From contig OZ024742.1 of NCBI GenBank assembly GCA_964016885.1, positions 43,648,001 through 43,712,000 of the forward strand: a stretch of DNA of 64,000 bases, in the 5' to 3' direction. Source of the stretch: Eledone cirrhosa. Its lineage: Eukaryota. Positions 53,164 through 64,000 of this stretch are shown piece after piece. The notes beneath the pieces were generated by a model. The model did no database searches, was not told the DNA's origin, and was given only the letters and a program-made list of their open reading frames with translations. Position 1 is the stretch's first letter. Each line of letters opens with the position of its first letter. The position numbers and the translations under genes are program-made.

Positions 53164-56100
53164 TCATTCCAAAGCCTCTGGATAAACAACATTCTTGGTT
53201 TTGCCCTGTGGTGCCACAATGAAGAGACAATCAGGGTTCCCAACCCTTGTTGTGCCAACATAGAGTTGACCGTGTGAAAAGACAGGATCTGCCAGATTCA
53301 GCCCATTTATTAATGGTCATGGCAAAACTGAGCCTGATCGGAAATTGAAGTCTTTGAAATTCAAGTTGACTTCAGAGGTATTCTGGGAATGAAACAATTG
53401 TCACCAGCAAATTTTCCTGACATGATTGCAACTTCTAGAACATTGGACATCATATTTTTGATGATGAGTCTTGTGCCATTACAAAGTTTTTGAGGATCCA
53501 GATTGCAAAGCAGCATAACTGATGCTCCAAGCTTCAGTATCAGGTTGTGTGGAGGAATTCCCGCTTGTTCAAGACTGTTCAAAAATTCAGTAGGATAGTT
53601 TACATCCTGGTCTTGAGAAGTGATTGTGTCAACTGATTTGTAGCATATTTTCTCTCCCGATAACATCTCCAGCAGCCTTCTGTTGATTTCTTTCACAGCA
53701 ACATTTTTAGGTGCTCGTTCACAAAGCCATTTCGGATCACATTGCCTGGTCTGAATGTTTGGTAACACTCTGGCAATCAGTTCTTGTTCTGTGTCAATGA
53801 TATGGCCAAATGACAACTGAATATGGTTATTGGAGTCCTTTTCAAGAAGTCCATTTCCCAATTTAAGTAGTTGGATGGCAAACTCACTGACACCTTCGTC
53901 ACCAGTTAAGTGCACTCGCATGTTGGTTGTAAGGCTCAGCAGCTGAAAGTGGGGCCAGCGATAGGATGTTTTCAGACAGGCATTGACCTGATCAGTTTGA
54001 GTCCCTCGAAGAATTACAGGCAGAGTTTGTCTGAAATCACCAGCAAGAACCATTGTCACTCCTCCCATTATGAACTATTTTCTCTCAGATCCTTTATCGT
54101 CCGGTCCAAAGCTTCAATTGCTCCTTTATGACTCATAGCAGCTTTATCCCAAATTATCATCTTGCATGTTTGCAGAAGCTTGCCCTTGGATGAGTTCTTC
54201 TTGATGTTGCAAAAAGATTGTTCATGCCGTGTGAGATCTATGGACAGCTTAAACATGGAGTGTGCAGTTCTTCCTCCATCCAGAAGTGTTGCTGCAATGC
54301 CACTTGAAGCCACAGCAAGGACAATATGTTGCTTTTGGCGAACTTTTGCAAGCAGGAGGTTTATGAGGAATGTCTTGCCTGTGCCAGCAGGAGCATTGAT
54401 GAAGAAAAGTCCTCCCCTGTCATTTTGAACGTTTTCGATGATGTTGTGGTAGACGTATTTCTGGTCATCCATCAATCGAGGTTCATTTTCATTCACAAAC
54501 TTACGCAATGCTTGAATATCGTAGTTTGTCTCCTGAAAAATGTCTTGTGCTACCTCCATTTCTTCATCTGGCTCTGGCATCCCGCTGTTAGCTAATGTGC
54601 TATTCATTGCCTGAACTTGATGGGACAGGTCACAGAGAGCTTGATTGTAAATCCTGGGGGTATATTCCATATACACATTGCCATGATGTCTTTGGGCTAG
54701 GTGTAGATAGTCATCCAACATATTGTTTTTGTACTCCTGCCAGAGTAGATGAGCTTCATCAATTCCACATGCTGTGAGCATAATAGCAAATAATTGTCTT
54801 ATTTGACTGGCTACTTGAGTGATTGCTGCTTCTTCTAGGCACTTCTTCCAGTGTCCATTGTCATGCAGGAGTCCATGTTGTTTACATGCTTCTTGGTATG
54901 TTGCGCACTCCCTTCCTCTGAAGCACCTAAGATCCTCCAATGATGTTGGTCCTCGAACAGTATGCAGAAGTAGCCGTAAATAAAAACATTCTCTGTTGTT
55001 GGGATGGACATTGTAAACGCGCCCAATAGCATCACTTGACTTGACTTCATGACCTTCCACTAAATGTCCCTGCTTTCTTCGATTCCAGGTCTTGCAATTG
55101 GTCCAGGAGTAGTATGTTGGGACTTCAGCATATAGGAGGGATCGAGCAAATTCATCATTCTGGCAGAGTTTAAAGAAAGCAGTTAGTGTAGTGTCATGTG
55201 ATGCTTGTGCCAACTGATGAGCAGTGATCTCAGTGAAGTACACTCTCTGTCCATTTTCCAGATGGATTGCGAGATTGACCTCTGTTGAGTGGCGTTGGTG
55301 GATATCAAATCCAAAGATTCACCAGATAGCTTCATTGCTGGAGATGTATCGACCTGTTTGATACCGTTTGACCTCATCCAGCTCACCATCATTGAGTTTT
55401 TTGTCAGTAATAAAGAAAGCCATATCAATGCCCTTGTTGATATATTTTGTGACATATAGGATTGCCTTGATGGAACTGCAATACTCAACATTGATATGAG
55501 CTTTTAAAAGTTTACACAACAATTTGTTGTATGGGATGACCCACTGATTGTTTATGGTCAGCTCCTCTCCTCGAACTGTTAGGCTTGCAGTATTGCCTCC
55601 ATGTTCTGGTCTACGCCTACGATAAAGGGGGTATCCATTATTGTCAGTCCGAGTTTCCCGAATAAAAGCTCTAGGATAATGTTTGCTGCATTTTTGATCT
55701 TTCATGCAGGGAGAGGCTGGATCATGACTCCACATGGACCATGAATGAGTTTGGACTTGATGGTTTCAAAAAGCTCTGGATCACCACCTTTATCAAGCAT
55801 CTCTGCTGAAATGATCTTATCAACATCATCTGGTCTTATCTTCTCCTTGCACTAGATTAGTGTGTGAGAGTGAGGAAGACCTCTCTTCTGCCACTCAATA
55901 GTGGTCATCCAAGCACTAAGCTCACCAAAGATTCTTCCTTCTTTTAGGAGCCAGATGAGTTTTTTTTTGCTTTTCATGGAAAACCTGAGCAATGAGATCA
56001 TGTCGATCCTTTGGTTTTTGATTTTGAAATAATTTATTTGATATTTCTGACCAATTTGAATTGCATGTAAATGTAATGAATAGATCTGGCCGACCAAATA

Positions 56101-57565
56101 TTCTGACATAGGCCATTGCGTCTTGCGTACGTTCATGCATGTAACGTGGTCTCCCCGTGAAGCTTGATGGTAGTATGACTGGCTGGCCAATATTTCTTGG
56201 GTCAACATCAGAATTGATGGCATCTCTAAAGTGGATGTAGTTATCTGCCCTCAACTTAGTTTGATTCCTTCACAGAAAACCCAGTCTTTCTGTTTCAATT
56301 TTGGCATACATGTCCACCATGAACTGGCTGGTTACTTCTTTGAATCACAGAACTTGTTTGAAGTGGTCACGTACCATGAAATGATAAGCATAGAATTCTT
56401 TGCAGCTGATTGATCGGCCAGTTTCTTGTCCCGTTTCTGGGCTGATATGCCGTAGCTGAAAATGATATCCATTTGACCATTCCAAAAGATGAGCGGATAT
56501 TGGATTGAATCATAGGCTCTATGAGCTTCACAAATTCGCTCCAAATATCCACTTCGTTTTTGCAAAACAATGTCACGTCGTTCATGCTGTTCATCAACCA
56601 TTATGATTGCAACTTCATCAGTGACAGGTGCATTGAATCTGCGTTCATGTTACGAAGCTGGGCGTTTGTCTGCCCTAATGATGATTTTACGATCTCTGGT
56701 GTTGTTCATATGCTTCAGTGCATATTTAAATACACTGACGTACATGTGATGTTGAAGCATTTCTTGTAACTTTATGACTATGTAGAACTGCAATCCACCA
56801 TGGACATTGGTACATCTTTGTTGTGCCTGTGTTTCATTTCCACCCATGAAGTAAACCTGCACAAATGTGTGAGGCTCCTGTGAAAATGGCAGAAGGCCAC
56901 CCATTACGTGGTAACACTGTCCCTGAATTTTATAAGTTGTATAGAATCTAAAGTCAGTCATATTCCTGTCAGCCCCAAAAGATGTCATTTGAAAGGCAGA
57001 ATTATATTTTATGATGTATTTATTGAAGTGTCGTGCTTCTGGTGTATGCTGAAGGAGCAGATTCTTCAGAAATTCAGGAGGTTCTTGTATTATTTTAAGG
57101 CTCACTTTGCCTTTTGAGCAGCATAAACTTGGTGTTTCTGCTGCCCACTTCTTGGCACTACAATACTGGCAGCATTTGTTCATTTTCCCAATGTTGATTT
57201 GTGGATTACTGCTGTAGTCCTTTTGGGGGTCATAAGAAAAAGCACCCTTCAGCCAGTTCATTTTACTTGTGGCTTGTTCTCCTGCTCGGGCAGTAGAACG
57301 ATGTGCTTGATTAGCATTTCGTCTGACTTGCTGCTGTTCCTTAATTTGTTGTTCTCGTGTAGCAACAGTCTTTTGTTGTTCTCATGTTGCAACAGTCCTT
57401 TGTTCCCTTTCATCCAAACGGTGTGCTCGTGCTAAAGCTGTTTGGGCTCTGTTAGCAGCTAGACAGGCATGCCGAACTTCTTCACTTTCTTCAGATCGCT
57501 GTTTTCTTTCTCTTAGCCTCTGAAGATGACCTTCCATATAATGATCTGGAACGTTTTCTAGGCAT
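53164..57565 (-). pseudogene. Helitron Rep (HUH/Y2)-PIF1 helicase, multiple frameshifts and stops
   Basis: MPRKRS start, CQYC..CCSKG, SSFTGRPRYM, PDLFITFTCN, IEWQKRGLPHSH, YVTKYINKG, APAGTGKTFL, SSGIAATLL.GGRTAHS, GDFRQTLPV, CNGTRL, FSHGQLYV, TKNVVYPEALE*. Confidence 0.93.
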
Positions 57566-57575
57566 TTGAAGTGAT

Positions 57576-57671
57576 ATTATTACACACCACATGATAAAGT
57601 AAAGTACCAGTAATGCACTGGAATAATTGCTGGCCTTGTGCCAAAAGTAGAAACAATTATTACACACCACA
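57576..57671 (+). mobile_element. 5'-truncated Nin/Deu-like SINE with 16-bp TSD, just upstream of the Helitron ATG
   Basis: ATTATTACACACCACA at 57576-57591 and 57656-57671. Confidence 0.85.
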
Positions 57672-58913
57672 CTCTTTCCGAAATAGAAACTATAGAATGT
57701 ATTGTTCACTCAGTAAAGTTGTTTTAAATGATCTCTTTATATGAATGTATATTAGGTGTAATTAATTTTAGACATATGTAGAAAATATTGGGATTTCAGA
57801 TTGTATCCCAAAAAACGACAAACACTACAAAAAAAATATTTTCTGTGTTAATTCAAATAACAGCAGAAAATAATATATTCAAATATCTTTTAAAAATACC
57901 GTTTTTTTTTTGTCTGTTAAATACATACATATATACAACTTCTATAAAAGCATCTGTGATTTCTTTAGATATATGTAGAAAATAATCTTTGATGGTAACA
58001 TATATCGTCTGCTAAAGAACGCCCCCCCCCCCCCCCCTCATAACACACACATATGTGTGTGTAAATATATATATAAACGCGGACACACGTTAGTTAAAGA
58101 ATCCCTCCAATCACCCTCCCCCTCTCCTGCCTCTTTACTTTTTTTTCTCTCTCCCATCTTTTCTCTTTTCTTATTGTCTTTTTCTCCCCATCCGCCTCAC
58201 TCCCTTTCTCTCTCTCTCTCATCCTTACACAATAGCAAACAAAAAATAAATAAAAGTTAATGAACGCTAGCCACTTTCCCTCTCTCTCTCCCATCCCATT
58301 ACTCTCTCTCTTTTTATTTCTCTCTCACATCCCCCCTCTCTCTACGGAATAGAGAACAAAATATAAAGAAAAGATAAATAACGTTAAGGAAGCGGGAGAG
58401 TAAAAATGTGTGTAAAAATAATAAATAAATAAAAGTTAAGAACGCTAGTTACTTTACCTCTCTCTCTTTCATCGTCTTTCTCTCTCATCCCTTTACTCTC
58501 TTTCTTTCTCTCTCACATCCCCTTACTCTCTCTCTCTCATCCCTTACTCTCTTTCTTTCTCTCTCACATCCCCTTACTCTCTCTCTCCCATCCACTCACT
58601 CACTCTCTTTCTTTTTCATCCCCAACTCTCTCTCCCATCTCCCTCTCTCTCTCTCTTTCTCTCTCCCATCCCTCACTCTCTTATCTACAGACTGGAGAAC
58701 ATAAAAAAAAAAAAAGATGATTTCTTTTGATATTCATTAGAAAATAAGATAAATTGAATTTAAATGAATTCCTTGCTTTGCAAAGTAAAACTTTTTCGAC
58801 CGTTACCTGTCTGAGTGTATAGTGAATATGTAAATGTAATTTTGAGGAGTTTGGTCCGGTAGTTTGCTAGTTTTAGGCGGACACACAGAATCGTAAATTT
58901 GCATTTATATATA

Positions 58914-60053
58914 CTAGCTGACGTACCCAGCTTCGCCCGGGTAAATAGATGATAAGAAAAGACAGGTAAAAGAGAAAATGACTGTATTGGATGTTTGTCT
59001 GGTTACAGTATGAGACGAGTCCGTGGTGTCTGTGTGATACAGAAAACAGTAAAAAAAAAATTTTCCAGATATACCAGATTCTTCGTTGTACCGTTTGTGC
59101 ATGGTATATGAACAATTCTAGGTGCTCCCACCTAGAATAGTGACCTCTAGGAGATGGTTCATCTTCTGCCTGACTGTAAAACGTGTATCATTGCATAGAC
59201 GTGGTTGTTCCACGTTTCTCAAAAGGATGATGGAAGTTCCAATCTTTTATATTATATGTAGATATAGATATAGATAATTAATATAAAAGATGATGCTCAG
59301 CCAGTTCGTCTTCAACCATCGCAGCACGCCGTCGCTGCTTGGCTCCAGTGTTTCGTTGGCGTTGTTCAGCCAGCTCCTCTTCATTTATGGCGGCATGTCT
59401 TCGCCTCTGAAGTTCAGCGTTCCGATGGTGCTGTTCGGCCCGTTTTTCTTCATTCCTGGCTGCACGCCATCGCCACTGTGCGCCACTGTGGTTCACTGTT
59501 TGATAAAGTCGAATTGCCTTCATTATCAGTATTCATTTCAAGCAATTGTCAAACAATGACACAATAATAAATATAAAAGATGTCCATCAATGTAAAAAAA
59601 GGTCCCTATTTACTCCCTTCACAACTCTGTGTATGTTAGACTAACAGACAGGCACACAGACAGATAAACTGTGTGGCGATTGTGGAACACCCCACGTACA
59701 CACACATACACGCATGGAAATGCGCACACGCACGCAAACTTACACACGCACCCGTGCACTTACACACTCACACATGTTTATAGTTTTTACTTTCTGTGGA
59801 TGGAACGCTGCACACACACGCACACACATAAACATACGCGCACGTACATACGCATGCACACATGGTAATAGTTACAACGTTCTCTTTGCCTCTCTGTTTT
59901 TTACTCTCCCCTCTTACTCCCTCATTGGCATTATGCGTATTAATTTAAGTTTGGCGTCGTTGAGGTGGGCGGAGTCGTTTGAAACCTATGAACCAATGTA
60001 AATTGAGAATTATGACACACGGAATACTGACGTTGTTGAAATTAATATATAGA
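58914..60053 (-). mobile_element. Non-autonomous Helitron
   Basis: Minus strand 5' TCTATATATTAA; 3' hairpin ACCCGG-gcgaag-CTGGGT followed by ACGTCAG-CTAG; internal R/E/Q-rich repeat peptide resembling Helitron N-termini. Confidence 0.75.
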
Positions 60054-60121
60054 TATAGATAGATATATGGTTAACGAGTCGATATTGTATATATATAGAT
60101 ATAATTACATTGTATATTATA

Positions 60122-62810
60122 TCATCATCATCATCATCATTTTACGTCTGCTTTTCCCTGCTTGTAAGGGTGGGACGGGTCTTATTCAGCACAGCATCTC
60201 TCCACTCGTCACGGTCCTTCGTCATCTCCACAGTGAGCTTCAATGATCTGTGGTCTGTTCTCACCACCTGCGCCCATGTTTTTCGTGGTCGACCTCTACC
60301 ACGTCTTCCTTCAACTGGCATTTCCTGGCACTTCTTCACTCATCGGTCATCCTCCATGCGCATCACATGTCCATACCACCTCAGTCTCCTCTCCCGTACA
60401 CTACATTCTATCCCTCTCAGACACAGTTTCTCTCTCAACACATTTATGCTGGGTCGTTCACGCACATTTACACTGCACATCCAACGGAGCATGCTTGCCT
60501 CATTTCTCTCCAGCCGTCGCATATCCTCTGCAGTTGCTACCCATGTCTCACAACCATGCAGCATCGCGCTCCTCACACAGGCATCATACAACCGGCCTTT
60601 CGTACGCAGGGAGAAACCCTTCTTCGTCAACAGAGGAAGCAGCTCCCAAAACTTATTCCAACCCGTCCTTATTCTAGATACTATGGCCTCGGAACACCCT
60701 CCTCCCATGCTAATCTGATCTCCTAGGTACCGGAAGCTATCCACCACTTCTATAGCGCCCCCCTGCATCTGAAAAATGTGTCTATCAATGCGACTTCAAC
60801 TGTCTAATTTCCCTGTACATCTACTGCATACATATTTCTCCCTACCTGTTAGTTTGCCTGCTATCCCGCTACATCTCTTGTGTACCCAGGATCTGCATTG
60901 TGTGCATTTTATAGAATTTATGCCAGTTCCTTTTCTGCATATCGAACATGGCCATTTCCCTGACGGAATAAAAGTTTTGTCCTTTTTTCTACTCATCAAC
61001 ACTTTTGTCTTAGCTAGGTTCACTCTCAGTCCTCTTGCTTCCAACTGCTGTTTCCATAGCCAGAATTTATTCTCTAGCTCCTCTACTGATTCTGCTATAA
61101 GAACCAGATCATCAGCATAGAGAAGTTCCCATGGAGTCTTAAACTCATCTGTTATGGCTTGGAGGACTATAATGAACAAGAGCGGGCTGAGGACCGAACC
61201 TTGATGTACTCCTACTTGTATCTGGAATTCCTCACTAAACTCCATTCCTACCCTGACTTTACTGAGAGTACCTCTGTACAAAGTTTGCACTGTCCTCACA
61301 AGCCATTCCTCAACACCTAGCTTCCTTAGGGACCACCAGATAACAGATCGGAGTACCCTATCAAAGGCCTTCTCTAGGTCAACAAAGGCTAAGTATAGTG
61401 GTTTATTTTTCTCTAAGAACTTCTCTTGCAATTGTCTCACCAAGAAGAGGGCATCTGTTGTACTCTTCCCAGGCACAAAACCAAACTGCATCTCATCTAG
61501 TTTGACCCTTTCTCTAATTAGTTGTGCTAATATCCTTTCTGCCACTTTCATAACCTGATCTATCAGTTTTATACCCCTATAATTGCTCCTCTCCAGAGCA
61601 TCCCCTTTACCTTTGTAGCAATTTATGAGAATACTGCTGCACCAGTCTTTGGGTATGACACCACCATATATAGCCTGATTGATGATGCGTGCAACCAGTT
61701 TAGTGCCCACGTCCCCTGATGCCTTCAGCATCTCAGCAACTATTCCCGATGGTCCAGCAGCCTTACCATTTTTCATTTCCCTAATCGTCTCTTGGACCCT
61801 ATATTCGTCAATCTCAATAGCTGGTCCCTCTGTCGGATCTACTAAGGGTAATTTTTCTCTCTCCCATTCGTTCTCCACATTCATCAGTCTCTCATAATGA
61901 CATTTCCAGGCCTCCTTTTTCTGATCATTCGTGACACTAAGTACACCGGCATCATCCCGGACACATTTATCTCCAATAACATCCTGATTTGCATTGACAC
62001 ACTGCCTTGCAATGTAGAACACCGCAAGCCTCTGATCTTCCCATCGCAGAACATTGGCAAACCTCCTACTCTCCACCTCCCTGTGTGCTAAGTACACCTG
62101 ACGTCTAGCTTCTCTCTTAGTGGCTGTATATTCTTCCCTACTCCCACCCTTTTTCCAAGCGATCCATGCTAGTCTTTTGTCTCTAATGGCCTTATCTACT
62201 GTGCTGTTCCACCACCAGGTCACTCTCTGTCTGGTTGGAGCTCAGCTCCAGCCACAAGTTTCCTCAGTAGCCTGCAACAAGTTGTCACGTAAGAAATTCC
62301 AGTTATTATCTATGTCATACGTCTCTAAATCGATTTTCTTTTTCGTCATATACATCTTGAAGGGCTTTCCTAAATTTGTATTTTAGTGAAAGGTCTTTTA
62401 GCTTTCAGACCTTTCTTCTCCACACCTTCCTGTATGTCTCATTCCATCTCTTGCTTACTGAGATATCACTAACGACTAACCTATGCTGTGGGGTACATTC
62501 TTCCCCAGGATATGCCTTGGTATTAGACACTATCTGCCTGTCCTGCTGCCTAACTAGTAAGAAGTCAATCTGGCTTATGTGCTCACCAGATTTGTAGGTT
62601 ATTAGGTGATTGGCAGGTTTCTGGAAGTTTGTGTTGCAAATAGTCAATGTACCTGCATCACAAAATTCAAGAAGTCTCACTCCTTCTTCATTTCTTGAGC
62701 CGTAACCGTGCCCACCATGTACCCCAGTGTAACCATCCTGGAGCTGTCCAACATGACCATTGAAGTCTCCTGCTAGCATAACGATGTCTCCGTCCTCTGT
62801 CATTGCGGTT
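60122..62810 (-). mobile_element. RTE family C, 5'-truncated, frameshifted
   Basis: (CAT)n tail, GDFNGHVG, RT motifs with [30 protein letters not shown]; essentially no 3' UTR. Confidence 0.92.
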
Positions 62811-62825
62811 GTTTATATATATATA

Positions 62826-63112
62826 CTGGAGCAATGTGAAATATAGTGTTGTGTTGTTTCCTTGAGCAAGACACTTTATTTCACATTGCTCCAGTTTACT
62901 CAGCTGTAGAAAGGAGATGATAGGACTGGGGTCTCTATCATTCCACTGCTAAGTGGACGTGCAGGGGCCACGGCAAAAAAGCACCCAGCACTCACTGTAA
63001 ATGAGGTTGGTGTTAGGAAGGGCATCCAGCTGTAGAAATCAAGCCAGAATCAGTTCCCATCCCACCCTTGCAAGCAGGGAAAAGTGGACGTAAAAATGAT
63101 GATGATGATGAT
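62826..63112 (+). mobile_element. Composite fragment: CORE-like SINE piece + RTE-A 3' UTR + RTE-C-like tail
   Basis: CCTTGAGCAAGACACTT near 62860; 62951-63057 matches about 3137-3239; 63060-63112 is the inverse of 60122-60178. Confidence 0.7.
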
Positions 63113-63158
63113 ATGGTCAACGAGTCGATATTGTATATATATAGACATAATTGCATTG

Positions 63159-63191
<33 letters not shown>

Positions 63192-63353
63192 GATTTTGAG
63201 TATATGTTGGTTGTATACCAACACCTCAGTATGCAGGCTGGAGCACTCGACGAAGTGCACAAGTTGGTTTGGTTACTCCGGAGTAATGTAAAATAAAGTT
63301 AAATAAAAAGTCCAATGTTTAAAATTTTAAACATTTGACTTTTTATTTAACTT

Positions 63354-63360
<7 letters not shown>
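63192..63360. repeat. TA-flanked module ending in a ~72-nt palindrome
   Basis: 63289-63360 is self-complementary around AAAATTTT. Confidence 0.75.
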
Positions 63361-63410
<50 letters not shown>

Positions 63411-63646
63411 TATATGGTCAACGAGTTGATTCTGTATATATATAGATATAATTGCATTGTATATATATATATATACACACATACATATATATATACACAC
63501 ACATATATATATACACACACATATATATATATACACACACACATATATATATACATATATATATGTATACACACACATATATATATATATATACATATAT
63601 ATTTATATATATATATACATATATATTTATATATATATATATATGC

Positions 63647-63743
63647 AGAGGTTATATTTAATTTGTTGGGATTCAACAAACTTAAACATTTTATAACTGA
63701 TATAAAGCACTCAACAGCTTAGTAGAGTAAATATTCAATATAT

Positions 63744-63745
<2 letters not shown>
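63647..63745 (-). mobile_element. Solo copy of the PLE 3' extension
   Basis: Similar to 29124-29210 and the inverse of 38641-38727. Confidence 0.7.
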
Positions 63746-63812
<67 letters not shown>

Positions 63813-63816
<4 letters not shown>

Positions 63817-64000
63817 TACAATAACAGAGATAGCTTAAAGCTAAACTCCGACTGGCAACCATCTCACTCAACAAACATTAGGTTATATGTTAGTATAAAC
63901 CCAATTTACGTGTTTGGGGTGCTAACTATATGTATTTTGTGGAAAGCCAGTTGTAATATTTTATGAGATATAATTAAAGTTAAAATATATCTCTCTTTCC
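63813..64000 (-). mobile_element. Second copy of the 40982-41385 module (runs out of window)
   Basis: Reverse complement of about 41193-41383 with scattered substitutions. Confidence 0.85.

Larger units (their letters stand above)
52460..58912 (-). mobile_element. Helitron, formerly autonomous, decayed
   Basis: Rep-Hel pseudogene. Candidate 3' CTAG at 52460-52463 (alternative degenerate end near 53020); 5' TATATATAAA...TGTGTGTCCG end near 58912. Confidence 0.8.

Overview
Eukaryotic, AT-rich DNA that is almost entirely repeat-derived. The SINE/LINE repertoire and huge (TA)n arrays suggest an octopus or other cephalopod genome (inference). Contents: (1) three RTE-clade LINE families, including one apparently intact ORF at 42-3050, whose RT carries an inserted C4HC3 PHD-like finger. 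(2) A decayed CR1-like LINE, a mariner relic, and tRNA-derived SINEs of two families. (3) At least three Penelope-like elements (PLEs), one folded into a 2.26-kb-arm inverted repeat. (4) A 4.9-kb 42-bp satellite and two head-to-tail Helitrons. The most striking unannotated signal is a dense set of type-I hammerhead ribozyme (HHR) motifs, about 11 including decayed ones. They lie in PLE ends and in short non-coding modules inserted in (TA)n arrays, and several have long or branched stem II insertions. Fold-back (inverted 3'-end) architectures recur. Two candidate host exons lie on the minus strand near 45.4-45.9 kb. All alignments and folds were done by eye, and boundaries are approximate.
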